DNA of 64,000 nt, taken from assembly GCA_951406725.2 (NCBI GenBank), contig OX597822.1, forward strand, positions 75,330,001 through 75,394,000, in the 5' to 3' direction. The notes beneath the pieces are model-generated. The model was not told the origin of the DNA, searched no databases, and saw nothing but the letters and a program-made list of their open reading frames with translations. Of the stretch, positions 28,506-42,012 are shown in pieces; position 1 is the first letter of the stretch; each line of letters begins with the position of its first letter. The stretch is from Octopus vulgaris (lineage: Eukaryota). The position numbers and the translations under genes are program-made.

Positions 28506-28830
28506 GTGGTTTTGAAAGAATTTAAAACTCCACTGGATATGTTTTGCTATATTTTTCAGCATTGTTAATATTGAGAATTCAGATGTCTTGAAGCTCTTCT
28601 AATAGTGAATATCTTGCTTTTAATTGCTCCACTATTGTGCCAAGAATTTTGTTGTTGGGCATTTTGTAGTGTTGTGGATCAATAGATCTATTCCTGGTTC
28701 TCTTTATTTGGATCGCTGTATCGATTCCGTATTTTCCTCTGGCGCTTCATTCAATATTGAAAAGTCATTCAATTTATACAATGTCAAGACTTTTAGTCTG
28801 CAGTATGTTAAATAAAACATCAATGAAAGA

Positions 28831-28903
<73 letters not shown>

Positions 28904-28989
28904 TAAATACTTCTAATAATAACAATAACAACAACAAAAACAAAAAAACATAAAATCAAGAGCAACAATAACAATAATAATCTCTCATA

Positions 28990-29703
28990 TCTCTATATAA
29001 AATTCTTTGTCTGTCTGTCTGTCTGTCTGTTCTCTATGCGTTCTAAAATGGCTCCACCAAATCAAATCAAATTTTACAAGGTAATACAATTACACCCCAC
29101 GAGTGTCGACATGTAATTTTAATTTTCATTTTGATTATAACAATATAACATTTTCACGAAAATAATCCTTCTATAGTCAACTATAGTACAGGACGTTTTA
29201 TGCCATGATGACGACGACACGTTTTGTATATGAGCGTCTATGTGTCTGTCAGTGTGTGTGTGATTGCGCGTTCGTTACGTAAAGGACATTTTATACCACG
29301 TATTATATTGAATTTAAGAGGCTTCAGTTTGCAGTCAAAGTAAGTTTTGGTATTTTAATTAACAAATCTCAGAGTCAATCCCTCAAGGTAGCTGGACTTC
29401 ATCTCTCTACTACATGCTTCTCGAACGGCCAACTCTATGTTTGGTTGCTTACGAGTCGGAAGCAGGAACAATTTATTCATTTGGACACCAACAAAAAATT
29501 ACACAACGAATATTGTTTACTCTGATGTGCTTCAAGATTGACAGATTTTCAGTTCATAATTCTATTATCACTACAATATGGGTATTTTTAGATAAAAAAT
29601 ATACGTTTTGAAATAATTATGAGAAAAAAAAATATCTTCATATTCATTATTTACTAATCTGAATGAGAACAGTACTAACTCAGGAAACGCTGGGTAATTC
29701 AGC

Positions 29704-29706
<3 letters not shown>
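28990..29706 (+). mobile_element. Non-autonomous Helitron
   Basis: A|TC 5' end followed by (tgtc)n; 3' imperfect hairpin actcaggaaacgctgggt, then CTAA|T. Confidence 0.6.
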
Positions 29707-29760
<54 letters not shown>

Positions 29761-30047
29761 GAAGAAGAAGAAGAAGAAGCATCCTTTCTACTGGAGGTAC
29801 AAGGCCGCAAATTTGGGGGAAGGGATTAAATCGATTACATCGACCCTTGTGTGTAACTGGTACTTATTTAATCAACCCCGAAAGAATGAAAAGCAGAGTC
29901 GACTCCGTCGGAATTTGAACTCAAAACGTGAAGACGGACAAAATGCCGCTAAGCATTTTGCCCGGTGTGCTAACGATTCTGCCAGCTCACCACCCTAAAA
30001 ATAATAACAATAATGACAACAATAATAATAATAATAATAATAATAAC

Positions 30048-30094
<47 letters not shown>

Positions 30095-30110
30095 TAATAA
30101 CAACAACAAT
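29705..30110. repeat. (AAT)n tracts with an embedded SINE family 2 copy (about 29781-29995, minus strand)
   Basis: Directly visible. Confidence 0.85.
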
Positions 30111-30859
30111 TAACACCAGGAAAACGGGATTTATAAATTGTGGCGGAATCCAGTGGCAGAAATTAAAGTAGACTCATTCTATGCATTAGGATACCCAATG
30201 ATTAAATAAAAAAAAACTGATTAGGAAATCGTAATTTTCTTTTGCGTTATTAATTAGATGCAACGAATAATTCCATCTAGTTACTGTTGCTTTGGGAAAT
30301 CTTTTTAACAATATAATTCGATGCATTGGCTCTTTTGTGTGATTTCGTAAAAAAAAGAAGGTACCCAGTTCATTTGTTGTCGGAAAAAATATCTTTGCAT
30401 TCTTTTGTAGCAGAACATGCTCGTGAAAGAACTAAATTTAGCGTATGGACACAACAATGAATAAAGATCGCAGATTCGTTTCTCCCTTACCTTTGACTGC
30501 AACTCATTTAATTGTCTTTCTATTGTAGCGGCACCTTCACAGGTTTGTGCAATTAATTTATTTCCACACCTCCACGTTTCGATGCTTTTAAAAAACATGT
30601 TTAGATAAAGAATTTTACCGAACGATCTGCGCTAACGTTGCTTCTTAGCAACACCGCGTTTTGAACTATAATGCAAAACAGTCGACAGTTGTGAATAGTT
30701 CGATGCATCGAACGTTTCAACTACAAGGAGAGCAACGGATTCAGCCCTCTTAAGTTCGTTTTCTATTTGATTCAATACCACCTTTTCAATCACATCGATC
30801 AAAGTGATTCTTAATTCTGTTTCAGAGGCCAGAGAGAACAGAAAAATCTACTTAAATGG

Positions 30860-31084
30860 TTTACTCTTTACTCTTTTACTCTTTTACTTGTTTCAGTCAT
30901 TTGACTGTGACCATGCTGGAACACCGCCTTTAGCGGAGCAAATCGACCCCCAGGACTAATTCTTTGTAAGCCTAGTACTTATTCTATCGGTCTCTTTTTG
31001 CCGAACCGCTAAGTTACGGGGACGTAAACACACCTGCATCGGTTGTCAAGCGATGTTGGGGGTGGGGGTGGGGACAAACACAGA

Positions 31085-31125
<41 letters not shown>

Positions 31126-31313
31126 ACATATATATGTATATATACATATATATGACGAGCTTCTTTCAGTTTCCATCTACCACATCCACTCACAAGGCTT
31201 TGGTCAGCCCAAGTCTATAGAAGAAGACACTTGCCCAAGGTGCCACGCAGTGGGACTGAGCCCGGAATCCTGTTGTTCGTAAGCAAGCTACTTACCACAT
31301 AACCACTCCTACG

Positions 31314-31316
<3 letters not shown>
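30860..31316 (-). mobile_element. SINE family 1 copy
   Basis: Near-consensus reverse complement. Confidence 0.85.
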
Positions 31317-31350
<34 letters not shown>

Positions 31351-31562
31351 TTCTATATATTGTATGCTTCAGATTCAAATTAACCGCGAAATGATAATCC
31401 TTGGCCAAGTAAAATAAAAATAAAATAATTACGTCATTCAGTTATTGCAAAAGGAAATTTCGTTTAACCTCTTCATTATGTTACTGTATACACTGTTTTT
31501 TATATTCATCTAACGGTATGTTGTAACAGCAAGTTCCAACTGTATTAAGACCGTGGGTTGTT

Positions 31563-31860
31563 GGTGTTGTTCGTTCCTTCCCGAGGCATGCCTGGCTCAT
31601 AAGGGCCGGTTTCCCAGTTTCATTTGGCGTATAGGTTCCCCACCTGGACGGAACGCCGGTCTGTCACAGGCGAGCTGCAAGATGCAGGAGGAAAGAGTGA
31701 GAGAAAGTTGTGGCGAAAGAGTCAGCAGAAGTTCGCCATTACCTTCTGTCGGAGCCGCGTGGAGTTTAGGTGTTTCGCTCATAAACACACACATCTCTCG
31801 GTTTGAGATTCGTACCTGCGATCCCTCGACCCGCTCTGACCACTAGGCCATGTGCCTCCG
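31563..31860 (-). mobile_element. SINE family 3 copy
   Basis: Reverse complement of 15688-15975. Confidence 0.85.
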
Positions 31861-31904
31861 CTAAGACCGTGAGTGCATTCCTTTATTAGCATGGTGCTAT
31901 ATAT

Positions 31905-32150
31905 ACGAGGTCTGGTCAAAAGGTATTGAGACTGGTGCTATATAAAAAGAAATCTACAACACGTATCAATTTGGCATTTAATCTCCTTCAAAGAGGTCTC
32001 CTTCTGAAGCCACACGCTTTTCCATTGGTGGAGGAATTCCTGGAACTCCTTGCTTTGGGGATGGCGAGCAGCTCTTGGATTTTCTCGACATCAAGAAATC
32101 ATCTTTCTTTCAAGTAGGATTTGATCTTTGGAACGATTCTTGACTGTAAT
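31905..32150 (-). mobile_element. Mariner-like right-end remnant
   Basis: TA plus cgaggtctggtcaaaaggtattgagactg TIR-like end; minus strand encodes EGDLFEGD-stop, cf. mariner C-terminus GDYFEGD. The other TIR was not found. Confidence 0.45.
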
Positions 32151-32879
32151 AACCTTCGAGTCGTGTCTGCTTCCACGCATGAACGCACTCTCCCCTGCCC
32201 CCTCTTCCGCCCCCTCTCTCTCGCCCCTCTCTCCCGCCCCCTCTCTCTCTGCCCCTCTCCCCTCCCCATCTCACACGCACGCACATTCACACTTTCTCTG
32301 CCATCGTCGCTGATGGAACCCCTGCGGTGTGGTGAAACGACCACACTCTACACACTTTACTTCCAAGCACTGTTAACAAACAACGGAAATGAACGAGAAC
32401 GTTATACAATTACTGAGTGTGCATTCGTCACCAAGTTCAAGATCAACCTGTGCCAAGCGCTTCCCTGTGCGTACGCTAGTTCAGTTACCATAACAACAGT
32501 TTCGATGCATTTTGATCAGGTTTCGTAGATCATTTAAATCATCGTAACCCGATAGTATCAATTCAATAAGTTGTGTAACTCATTCCTATTTATAGATCTA
32601 CACAAATTGTTCCGCTCTATCCGTATTCTCATTAAATAGAAATATACACATCACTTAGTCTAACAGCCATACATGTACACAATTAAAATCATGATCCCAA
32701 CTGTGATTAAATCTTCAGGAATCTGAGGCGTACAAGTCATCGACAATTTTTTCTCACCTCTTCTTGACTCCGGGCTGCCTTTTTTGTTTCCCTGAAATAT
32801 GGTCTGTCGGCCTTCCGGCCTTTCCATCACTGAGTGGGGACCTTCTTCTCTTAGGTCTGGCTAGCTTTGAAATGTTTTT

Positions 32880-33140
32880 TGTCTTTTACATCAGTCATTA
32901 GATTGCGCCCCTGCTGGGGCACCGACCTGAAGAATTTTAGTCGAGCAAATTGAACCAACTACTTATTTTCTGTTTTAAAGCCTGGCGGTTTTTCTGTTAT
33001 TGGGACGTAAACACCATGTTACGAACCGCGATGTTATTGGGACGTAAACACTCCAAGTTGTCAAGTGGTGGCGGGAGACAAACGGTGACACAGATACTCG
33101 CACACAAACACACAGACAAAGATAGACAGACAGACAGACA

Positions 33141-33205
<65 letters not shown>

Positions 33206-33335
33206 TGGACGGATTTCTTTCAGTTTCCGTTTACTAAATCCATTCAAAAGCCTTTGGTAGGCCCGAAGACACTTTCCCAAGGTACCACGCCGTGGTATTG
33301 AATCTGGAACAATGTGGTTGGAAGCTGTAAGTTTG
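32880..33335 (-). mobile_element. Diverged SINE family 1 copy
   Basis: Family 1 motifs. Confidence 0.7.
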
Positions 33336-33394
33336 CTATTTCCAGATAGGAGTGGTGGTCTTACGCAACACCGTTTTATCTCTGGGAAAAGATG

Positions 33395-33525
33395 ATCCAT
33401 ATTAGCCTGGCCTCAAGCCTGTGACCTGTCCAGCATGGGAGCCCTTATGGGGAACTTGAGTTCTGCTGGCATAGCTCTAGAGACCATTAAGGCATACAGG
33501 CCACCGCATCGCAACAAGGACTGGA
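33395..33525 (-). mobile_element. RTE-clade LINE 5'-UTR-like fragment
   Basis: Reverse strand ccttgttgcgatg...agagctatgccagc...ctcccatgctggacaggtca resembles RTE/BovB 5' ends as recalled; not verified by alignment. Confidence 0.4.
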
Positions 33526-33740
33526 CCTTGTGATGCAAATAAGTAGATCCCTTAATTGTAATGTAATATATTTTTAATAATGCGGTAATTGGTTACGTGG
33601 TAATAAGCGTGCTTGCTCTCCATATAATTCAAGGACCCCGCCTCGTTGCGTGACATCTTGGGCAATTGTCTTCTAGTCTAGCCTCGGCACGATCAAGGCT
33701 TTGTGAGTGGATCTGATAGCCGGAAACTGAAAGAAGCCTG

Positions 33741-33802
<62 letters not shown>

Positions 33803-33964
33803 TGGTAACATGTGCTGAGAAAGCTGAGGCTGTTATGCCAGTGCAGAAACCGGTCCACGTAAGACCAAATACTTGAATGTATGCAAGGAGATTGTCATAG
33901 CCCGTTTGCCTTCGGACGGTTGATTTTTTTGTAGTTATTAGCAGTATATTTGGGCGATTTAAAT

Positions 33965-33990
33965 GTATGTGTTTGTGTGTGTGTGTGTAT

Positions 33991-34042
<52 letters not shown>

Positions 34043-34109
34043 TTGTGTGTGTGTGTATGTGTGCGTTTGTTTGTGTATGTGTTTGTGTGTGTGTGTGTAT
34101 GTGTGCGTT

Positions 34110-34145
<36 letters not shown>

Positions 34146-34314
34146 TGTGTGTATGTGTTTGTGTGCGTTTGTTTGTGTATGTGTTTGTGTGTGTGTGTTT
34201 GTGTGTTTGTGTGTGTGTTTGTGTACTTGTGTGTTTGTGTGTGTGTTTGTGTGTTTGTCTGTGTGTGTTTGTGTGTGTTTGTGTGTATGTTTGTATATGT
34301 GTGTGTTTGAGTGT

Positions 34315-34380
<66 letters not shown>

Positions 34381-34500
34381 TGAGTTTGTGTGTGTTTGTC
34401 TATGTGTGCATGTGTGTATTTGTGTGTGTTTGTGTGTATGTTTGTATATGTGTGTGTTTGAGTGTATTTGTGTATGTGTGTGTGTGTGTGTGTGTGTGTT

Positions 34501-34538
<38 letters not shown>

Positions 34539-34552
34539 GTATGTGTGTGTGC
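33965..34552. repeat. Degenerate (GT)n array
   Basis: Directly visible. Confidence 0.95.
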
Positions 34553-35059
34553 GCCCACCAAATTGCTCACCCCGAATCTACAGTTGTCGAAAGCACCCAA
34601 TCTGCAGTGCAATCAAATCGATCCCTGCTTCTTCGCGGTCAGGCAGTGAACATTATATACTTGAAGCAGAACTATTTAACCATATATTTAACTCAATTTT
34701 ATGGCCATTGAATTTACACCTACACCCTTCCTTGCTACATACAACCCCGTGTGTGTCTATGTATACGTAAGCATTTATGAATATGCATACGCAGATGGGT
34801 GTACGTGTGTGCGTGTGCCTGGCATGGAATAAACAGTTTCTCAAATGCTTAATGTAGATAATATTCAAGTGTTCTATGAATAAAGAACATCTAAGTTTGC
34901 AGAAGATGTTTGGTAAAAGATGTTAACAACATAAATACATACTTTATAGTTTTTTTTTCCTTAAAAAAAAAAAAACATAGACAGTCAATTTCGATTTTGA
35001 CTGCCTTGACACGACCTGTAAATTCTGACGGTTTTGTATATTGATTACCATCGATGTAA

Positions 35060-35135
35060 ATACATACATACATAGATACATACATACATACATACATACA
35101 TACATACATACATACAAACATACATACATACATAC

Positions 35136-35166
<31 letters not shown>

Positions 35167-35212
35167 TGTATGTATGTATGTATGTATGTATGTATGTATG
35201 TATGTATGTATG
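35060..35212. repeat. (TACA)n followed by (TGTA)n, an inverted microsatellite
   Basis: Symmetry centre catatg at about 35135-35140. Confidence 0.9.
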
Positions 35213-35519
35213 TTTGCGTGCTTGTGTATGTGCATGTGTGTATATGTATGCAGAGGGAGAATGAAAGATTGGGGGGAAGAGAGACAGAGAAAGAAAATTA
35301 AGGGGTGTGGGAGAGAGCTTGCGAAATAGTGGAGAAATATATAAAGAGATATGAAAATAGATTAGGAGAGAGATAAATTGACTGATGTCGAGAGATAAAT
35401 TATCTATCTGTCTGCCTATCAATCTAACCTATATATTTTTCTTTATGTTGTCCGCGTTGCGTTTAAGTCTGACTTCCTGTCTGAACACCCGCTTATTACT
35501 CTCTCTATTTATCTATCTG

Positions 35520-35597
<78 letters not shown>

Positions 35598-36155
35598 AAT
35601 CTACCGATCTATCTACCACCTTACAGACCAGGCCACTGAATCAACATACATCAATAGGCGCTTAAATGATTACTCTATTACTGGTCGTATTGTGGAACAG
35701 TTCCCAGAGGGCAACACTATATCAAGGTATTGATCGGAAACTGAAGACTTTCAAAAACGTCCCTTTCTCCCCCTGCCACACACTCCCACCAACATTATCT
35801 CGAGATTTATGTCACATCAGAAGTAGGAAAGACGTCTTTAGCACTGAGTGGACGTCAGTCAGAGGTGGAGATTTGTCCAGGAAGGTTGGTCACTGGTGTA
35901 TTCGTTATAATAAACCTGCATGACTTATGTTAGAAATGCACATATTTAATATTCGCTCTCCCCCTCTCCCTCTCTCTTTCTTTCTCTCTCTCTTCCTCCT
36001 TCTCTCTATTTCTCAGCAAGCACACACATTCACACAAACTCTCTCACACACATACATTTGCTTGCAGATATAAGCACAACCACATGCACAATCATATATG
36101 TATGCATAATCACATATATATATATATATATATATAAAGAAAACAAGTACATATA

Positions 36156-36721
36156 TTTGGTTGTTCGGAAAGTTCGTGCCGATTTATAGAAGCTTACCTT
36201 TCGACTTATTTTAGAACATGGTTGAGTCCATAAAATAGGATTTGACTACACCTCCATTTAGAGCGTAGTTTAAGCTATCTTTTCGTGGAAGAAGGTTTAT
36301 GTTCCTATAACATGTGTTAATTCTGTAACCCTTTAAAATGGAAGATAAGAAAGTTCATTTTCGGCACTTGATGCTTTGGGAACCAGACAAAAATTGCTGC
36401 AGCTCGGCTGGGATATGTTACTCCACCCTCCATATTCACCAGATATTGCACTTTCGGATTTCCACTTATTCAGGTCTCTGCAGAATAGTCTTAATAGTAA
36501 AAATTTCAATTCCTTGGATGACATAAAAAGATACCTTGATGAATTCTTTGCCATGAAACCACCTCAATTCTGGGAAGAGGGTATTTTCAAGTTAAAGGAA
36601 GGATGGAGACGCATTGTGCAACAAAATGTTTCATATTTGGTTGATTAAAAATGTAATGGCAAGTATTTATTGACCTTTTTCTTTCCTTTAAAAATCGGCA
36701 CGAACTTTCCGAACAACCCAA
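36156..36721 (+). mobile_element. Internally deleted mariner element
   Basis: About 29-bp TIRs tttggttgttcggaaagttcgtgccgattt / aaatcggcacgaactttccgaacaacccaa with TA on both sides. Transposase N-terminus MEDKKVHFRHLMLWE is joined out of frame to the C-terminus HPPYSPDIALSDFHLFRSLQNSL...YLVD. Confidence 0.92.
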
Positions 36722-36842
36722 TACAAGTCACCTACATGATAGAGGAAGACGCCAATGTCTAAACAGGACCTAGCGTATCACCATAAAATCATGAATCTGT
36801 TTTGCTTATTTGCACGAGTAGGGCGCGTGTTTTATTTTATGA

Positions 36843-37237
36843 CTAGCAGTATCGCCCGGCGTTGCTCGGGTTGTAAGGGAAATAACTATATAAGCATTTT
36901 TAGAGAGTTATAGCCAAAAAATAGCAAAAAAATGCATTAAAAATTGAAAAAAAAATTAAGGTAAATTTTTTTTAAATCGTTGACACATCGTAGATATTTT
37001 TAGAGAGTTACTTCCCTTATATAAAAGCGAAAAAAATGCATTAAAATGGAAAAATATGATGGTAAATTTTTTTAAAATCGTAGACTCATCGTAGACGCGC
37101 GCTAATACCCAGAAGGGCTCGATATGAATCACGACTATAAGATACCCGCTTTTGGTTAAACTGCACCGCAAAATGTGGGAGTAGTTACGAATCTAAATCG
37201 TAGGAGACAGACACACAACTTCACTCTTATATAAAGA
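36843..37237 (-). mobile_element. Non-autonomous Helitron
   Basis: Minus strand A|TC start; 3' hairpin cccgagcaacgccggg, then CTAG|T. Same 3' end as 58581-58609. Confidence 0.8.
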
Positions 37238-37239
37238 TG

Positions 37240-37563
37240 CTTTTTTTTTTCAGTCATAGAGTTAGATTTATGAAGGTCTTCAGTAGAAAATCCTTCGAAT
37301 TCTGACTCGCTGCTTGATATAATGAAATTCGTATCCATTTTTTGTCAGAATTACAAATTTTGAAAACACAATAGGAACAAATTTCGGAAAAAAATCTCCC
37401 ATAATTCACGGAATTAAAATTACACTTCGATTTTTGTACAAAACTGTATTTGAAGTGTTTACGAAGTATAATACGTGTTTTCGTGAATGTACTAAAGAGA
37501 TTTACTCTGATATTCTCATTTAAATATGAATAGGTAAATTCGGGCAGTTTGGTAACGAAAGGG
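37240..37563 (-). mobile_element. piggyBac-like left-end remnant
   Basis: Terminus ccctttcgttacc on the minus strand, followed by ORF start MDTNFIISSSESEFEGFSTEDL, an acidic N-terminus resembling piggyBac transposases. Confidence 0.45.
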
Positions 37564-37569
37564 TTTATA

Positions 37570-38016
37570 TAAGTGTCGTCTGTTTATACATAAACACTGT
37601 TTCATACTTTCAGTTTAGTCTTCCTCAAATCACTCTGTAGCTATTTACTCTCTTCCAAGAACATTTTCACTCACTCTTATCTGTTAGCTTGCCATACATT
37701 TTACTCATGTATCTATCAGCGTGATAGACAGAAACAAATATTACATCTAGTTTCCCTTTATTCGTTGCACACTGTGTGTGTGCGTTTGCGTGTGCTGTAA
37801 ACCAGACTAAGAAAAGCATTTGACATACACACCAGAATGTGAGTTTTCTGTAAATTTTGCTTAATTGAGTTTAAATTTTAAAAACTGGCCCTGGCATGAC
37901 CCGATGCATTCTACTCTTAAAAATGCTAGGTAAATTGTAATTGAAGAAATCCTATATTGTAGATTTCTATAAGTTACAAAGGGAGGCAGATAAAATCTGC
38001 CTTTTATAATAAGAGA
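37570..38016 (-). mobile_element. Helitron-like 5' portion
   Basis: A|TCTCTTATTATAAAA start on the minus strand with hairpin aggcaga..tctgcct; 3' end not found. Confidence 0.4.
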
Positions 38017-38168
38017 TGATATGTTAGGTAGTTTTTAGACATTGGCGTCTTCTTCTAGCATGTAGGCGACTTGTATACGTACTTGTTTGTCTTTGATATA
38101 TACTTATAAATTAATTTGACCTTAGCCGGATGATTGCATACTAAAATCTAACGTAGGTTTTATCCTTA

Positions 38169-38210
<42 letters not shown>

Positions 38211-38402
38211 TTATAGAAGTCAGTGGACAAATAAAAGAAGGGCATTCGACACATTTATTTGGAGTTACATGTATGGATCAAAACAGTTTGATTCAAATTC
38301 GTTAGTATTTCGAGTTTCAATCGTGATGCTAGCCTTCAGCCATTTTGAATTGGAAGCACGTTTGAAACTCGGAGAACCAACGAAATTAAATCAAACTGTT
38401 TT

Positions 38403-38453
<51 letters not shown>

Positions 38454-38459
38454 CACGTG

Positions 38460-38758
38460 ATCACGTGACCGACCAGACCATCAGATGTTGCAACACATCG
38501 CTGGTCACAATGCGTTCGCATTGTTTTAGCCTTCAAATGAGCCCACCCTGCCGGCTAAGCGAGCAGGCCAACAGAAGAAAGAGTGAGAGAAAGAGTGGTG
38601 AAAGAGTACAGCAGGGATCACCCCCACCCCTGCCGGAGACTCGTGGAACTTTTTAGATGTTTTTGCTCAATAAACACACACAACGCCCGGTCCAGGAATC
38701 GAAACCACGATCCTACGACCGCGAATCCGCTGCCCTAACCACTGGGCCATTGCGTCTC

Positions 38759-38760
<2 letters not shown>
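38460..38760 (-). mobile_element. SINE family 3-related copy
   Basis: Head ggagacgcaatggcccagtggttagg, B-box ggtttcgattcc. Confidence 0.75.
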
Positions 38761-38799
<39 letters not shown>

Positions 38800-38806
38800 T
38801 TCTATG

Positions 38807-38842
<36 letters not shown>

Positions 38843-39108
38843 CGTATGTATGAATGTAGTATGTATGTGTGTGAGAGAGTTTGTGTGAACGTGTGTGCTT
38901 GTGGAGAAATAGAGAATGCATGCACTTGAATACCCATGTGTATTTACGCATAGATGTTGAGTAAAATTCCCCAGTAAATAGCCCACACACTCACAAACGG
39001 AATGCGTGCACCAGAATAAGAAAGCGAATGAGAAGCGGAGAGAAAGAGATAGGAAAATTTAAAGAAGCGATTGGAGTTTGGCAGAAGAGAGAGAGAGAGA
39101 GAAAAGGG

Positions 39109-39150
<42 letters not shown>

Positions 39151-39817
39151 AGAGAAAGAGAGAGAGAGGGAGGGAGGGAGAGAGGGGTGGTAGAATTGGA
39201 TGGGGAATTGGAAAGGAAGAAATTAGAAACGTAATGAGAGAACGAGAAAGTGTTCGTGTGTGAGAAATAATGAAGAAAGAGAAAAAGTTTTGAGATCCTG
39301 ATATCAAAATTTTCTGTCCTTTTGTCAGTTAATTCTGTTATTGGATAAAAGCTTCCCTGTGTTTTACAGATGCGGCATGTGACATGTGAATTTCCATTCC
39401 GAGCATTGTAGAATGTATGGATGACTAGAATTTCTGATTAGGCTTTCATTTGATGTTGATAGCAGATGAAGTCGGATTTGAATAAAACAAAACAAAGAAA
39501 TAAGCAAAAATATACGGGAAAATGTACAAAGGAAGTCCTAAAACGAAGTAGGCCCATGTCTTTTGCATCCATGATTTGATTTTGTTATTCTGAGAAGAGA
39601 TGTACCTTTAACATTCCTAGGAATTCTTTACGCAGAATGTTTTGCAGATGTAAGGGTGGTCGGGGGAATTAATGGGAGATAACTACTGTAGGCATGAAAC
39701 GTTTACAGCCCGGAAAGATCTAGAATGATTCTGCTCTGGTGAATAAGGCAAATTACGGCAGTGTACTATGCAGGATAATGGTAAGACAAAAAGTTGTTAC
39801 TCTGAATAGAAAAAATT

Positions 39818-40286
39818 GCGACGAGCTGGCTGAAACGTTTGCACGCCGGGTGAAATTATTAGCAGTATTTCGTCTGCCGCTACGTTCTTAGTTCAAATTC
39901 CGCCGATGCCGACTTTGCCTTTCACCCTTTCCTGGGTCGATTAAATAAGTACTAGTTACGTACTGGGGTCGATGTAATCAACTTAATCCGTTTGTCTGTC
40001 CTTATTTGTCCCCTCTTTGTGTAGCCCCTTGTGGGCAATAAGGAAATAACAAACGTTAGCACGCTGGCAGAAACACTAGCACGCCGGGCGAAATGCTTAG
40101 CGGTATTTCGTCTGCCGTTACGTTGTGAGTTCAAATTCCGCCGAGGTCGACTTTACCTTTCATCCTTTCGGGGTCGATAAATTAAATACCAGTTACTCAC
40201 TGGAGGTCGATGTAATCGACTTAATCCGTTTTTCTGTCCTTGTTTGTCCCCTTTATGTTAAGCCCCTCATGGGCAATAAAGAAATA
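39818..40286 (+). mobile_element. SINE family 2 dimer with Tx1-like tails
   Basis: TSD agaaaaaatt at 39808-39817 and 40287-40296; tails gccccttgtgggcaataaggaaata and gcccctcatgggcaataaagaaata. Confidence 0.85.
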
Positions 40287-40945
40287 AGAAAAAATTACGA
40301 CAGAAACCACGTTTATAGTCGGGGTAAATATATGGCTAGAATGTTTACAAAAGCAGAAATCGCTGTGGAACCCAGGGAAGAAGAGATTCAGTGGAAGAAA
40401 TAACGAGTTGTTATAATAATAGTTGCAAAGTGCAGAGCAAGGTGTTTGGTGTAATGGAAGTATGAACGCCGAGAGGACAACGTTTTACATGTAAACAAAA
40501 GAACATCAGTTAAATTCAACTAAAAGGCGGTGCTCCAGCATGGCTGCAGTCAACGACTGAAACAAATAAAAGAATAAAACAATATGCTAAATGAAGTTTT
40601 TACAGTGAATACTTTTTTATTTTCAGAGTAGACAATCGGATAGATTACAGAAATTATGGACGTAAACTGCATGTGAGAACAATTTACTTTGCAACCCATA
40701 AAATACTGGTGGTCCCAGTACAATCGAATTTTTTTCGGGGCTGAAATACTATGGAGGGAAATTGCTACCTAAACGGGGTTTTATCGGCGGTGTATGTCTC
40801 AAGAGAGCGTTTACTGACTTATAAGACGGCGCATGTTTTTATACTGAAATGCATCAAAAATGGCCTTGTGTCTAATGCGGACGTATTAATGTCGTAGTGT
40901 AGGGAGCAGGATAAACATAACACCGCTTAGATTAGTAATTGGTAT

Positions 40946-41155
40946 TACTCCTTTACTCTTTTTCTTGTTTCGGTCATTTGACTGTAGCCATGCTGGAGCA
41001 CCGCTTTTAGTCGAGCAGATCGACCCTAGGACTTATTCTTTGTAAGCCTAGTACTTATTCTATCGGTCTCTTTTGCAGAACAGCTAATTTACGGGGACAT
41101 AAACACACCAACATCGGTTGTCAATCGATGTTGGGGGACAAACACAGACATACAA

Positions 41156-41192
<37 letters not shown>

Positions 41193-41811
41193 CATATACG
41201 ACGGACTTCTTTCAGTTTCCTTCTACCAAATCCACTCACAAGGCTTTGGTCGGCTCGAGGCTATAGTAGAAGACAGTTGTCCAAGGTTCCACGCAGTGGG
41301 AATGAACCCGGAACCATGTGGTTGGGAGTAAAAATTGGTTTCAAATTTTGCCACAAGAGCAGCGACACTGGGAGACGGGAGTAAGTCGATTACATTGACC
41401 CCAGTGTTCATCTAGTGCTTATTTTATCGACCCCGAAAGGATGAAAGGCAAAGTCAGCCATGGTGGAATTCGAACTCAGAGAGTAAAGACGGACGAAATG
41501 CTACTAAGCGTTTTGTCCGGCGTGCTAACAATTCTGCCATTTCGCCACCGTAAATAGATGCAATTAAGTATCCCAGTTTTTTTTTGTCCAACATTCAGCC
41601 AATTCTGTCATTGAACTCTTTTACTTGTTTCAGTCATTTGACTGCAGCCATGCTGGAGCACCGCCTTTAGTCGAGCAAATCGACCCCGGGACTTATTCTT
41701 TGTAAGCCCAGTACTTGTTCTATCGGTCTCTTTTTGCCGAACCGCTAAGTGACGGGGACGTAAACACACCATTATCGGTTGTCAACCAATGCTAGGGGGA
41801 CAAACAGAAAC

Positions 41812-41844
<33 letters not shown>

Positions 41845-42012
41845 CATATATACGACAGGCTTCTTTCAGTTTCCGTCTACCAAATCCACTCACAAGGCAT
41901 TGGTCGGCCCGGGGCTATAGCAGAAGACACTTGCCCAAGATACCACGCAGTGGGACTGAACCCGGAACCATGTGGTTGGTTAGCAAGCTACTTACCACAC
42001 AGCCACTCCTGC
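40946..42012 (-). mobile_element. SINE cluster: family 1 (40946-41328), family 2 (41335-41548), family 1 (41615-42012)
   Basis: Family motifs on the minus strand. Confidence 0.8.

Noticed and set aside
33950-34770. Cys/Val-rich ORFs
   Set aside because: Translation of (GT)n.
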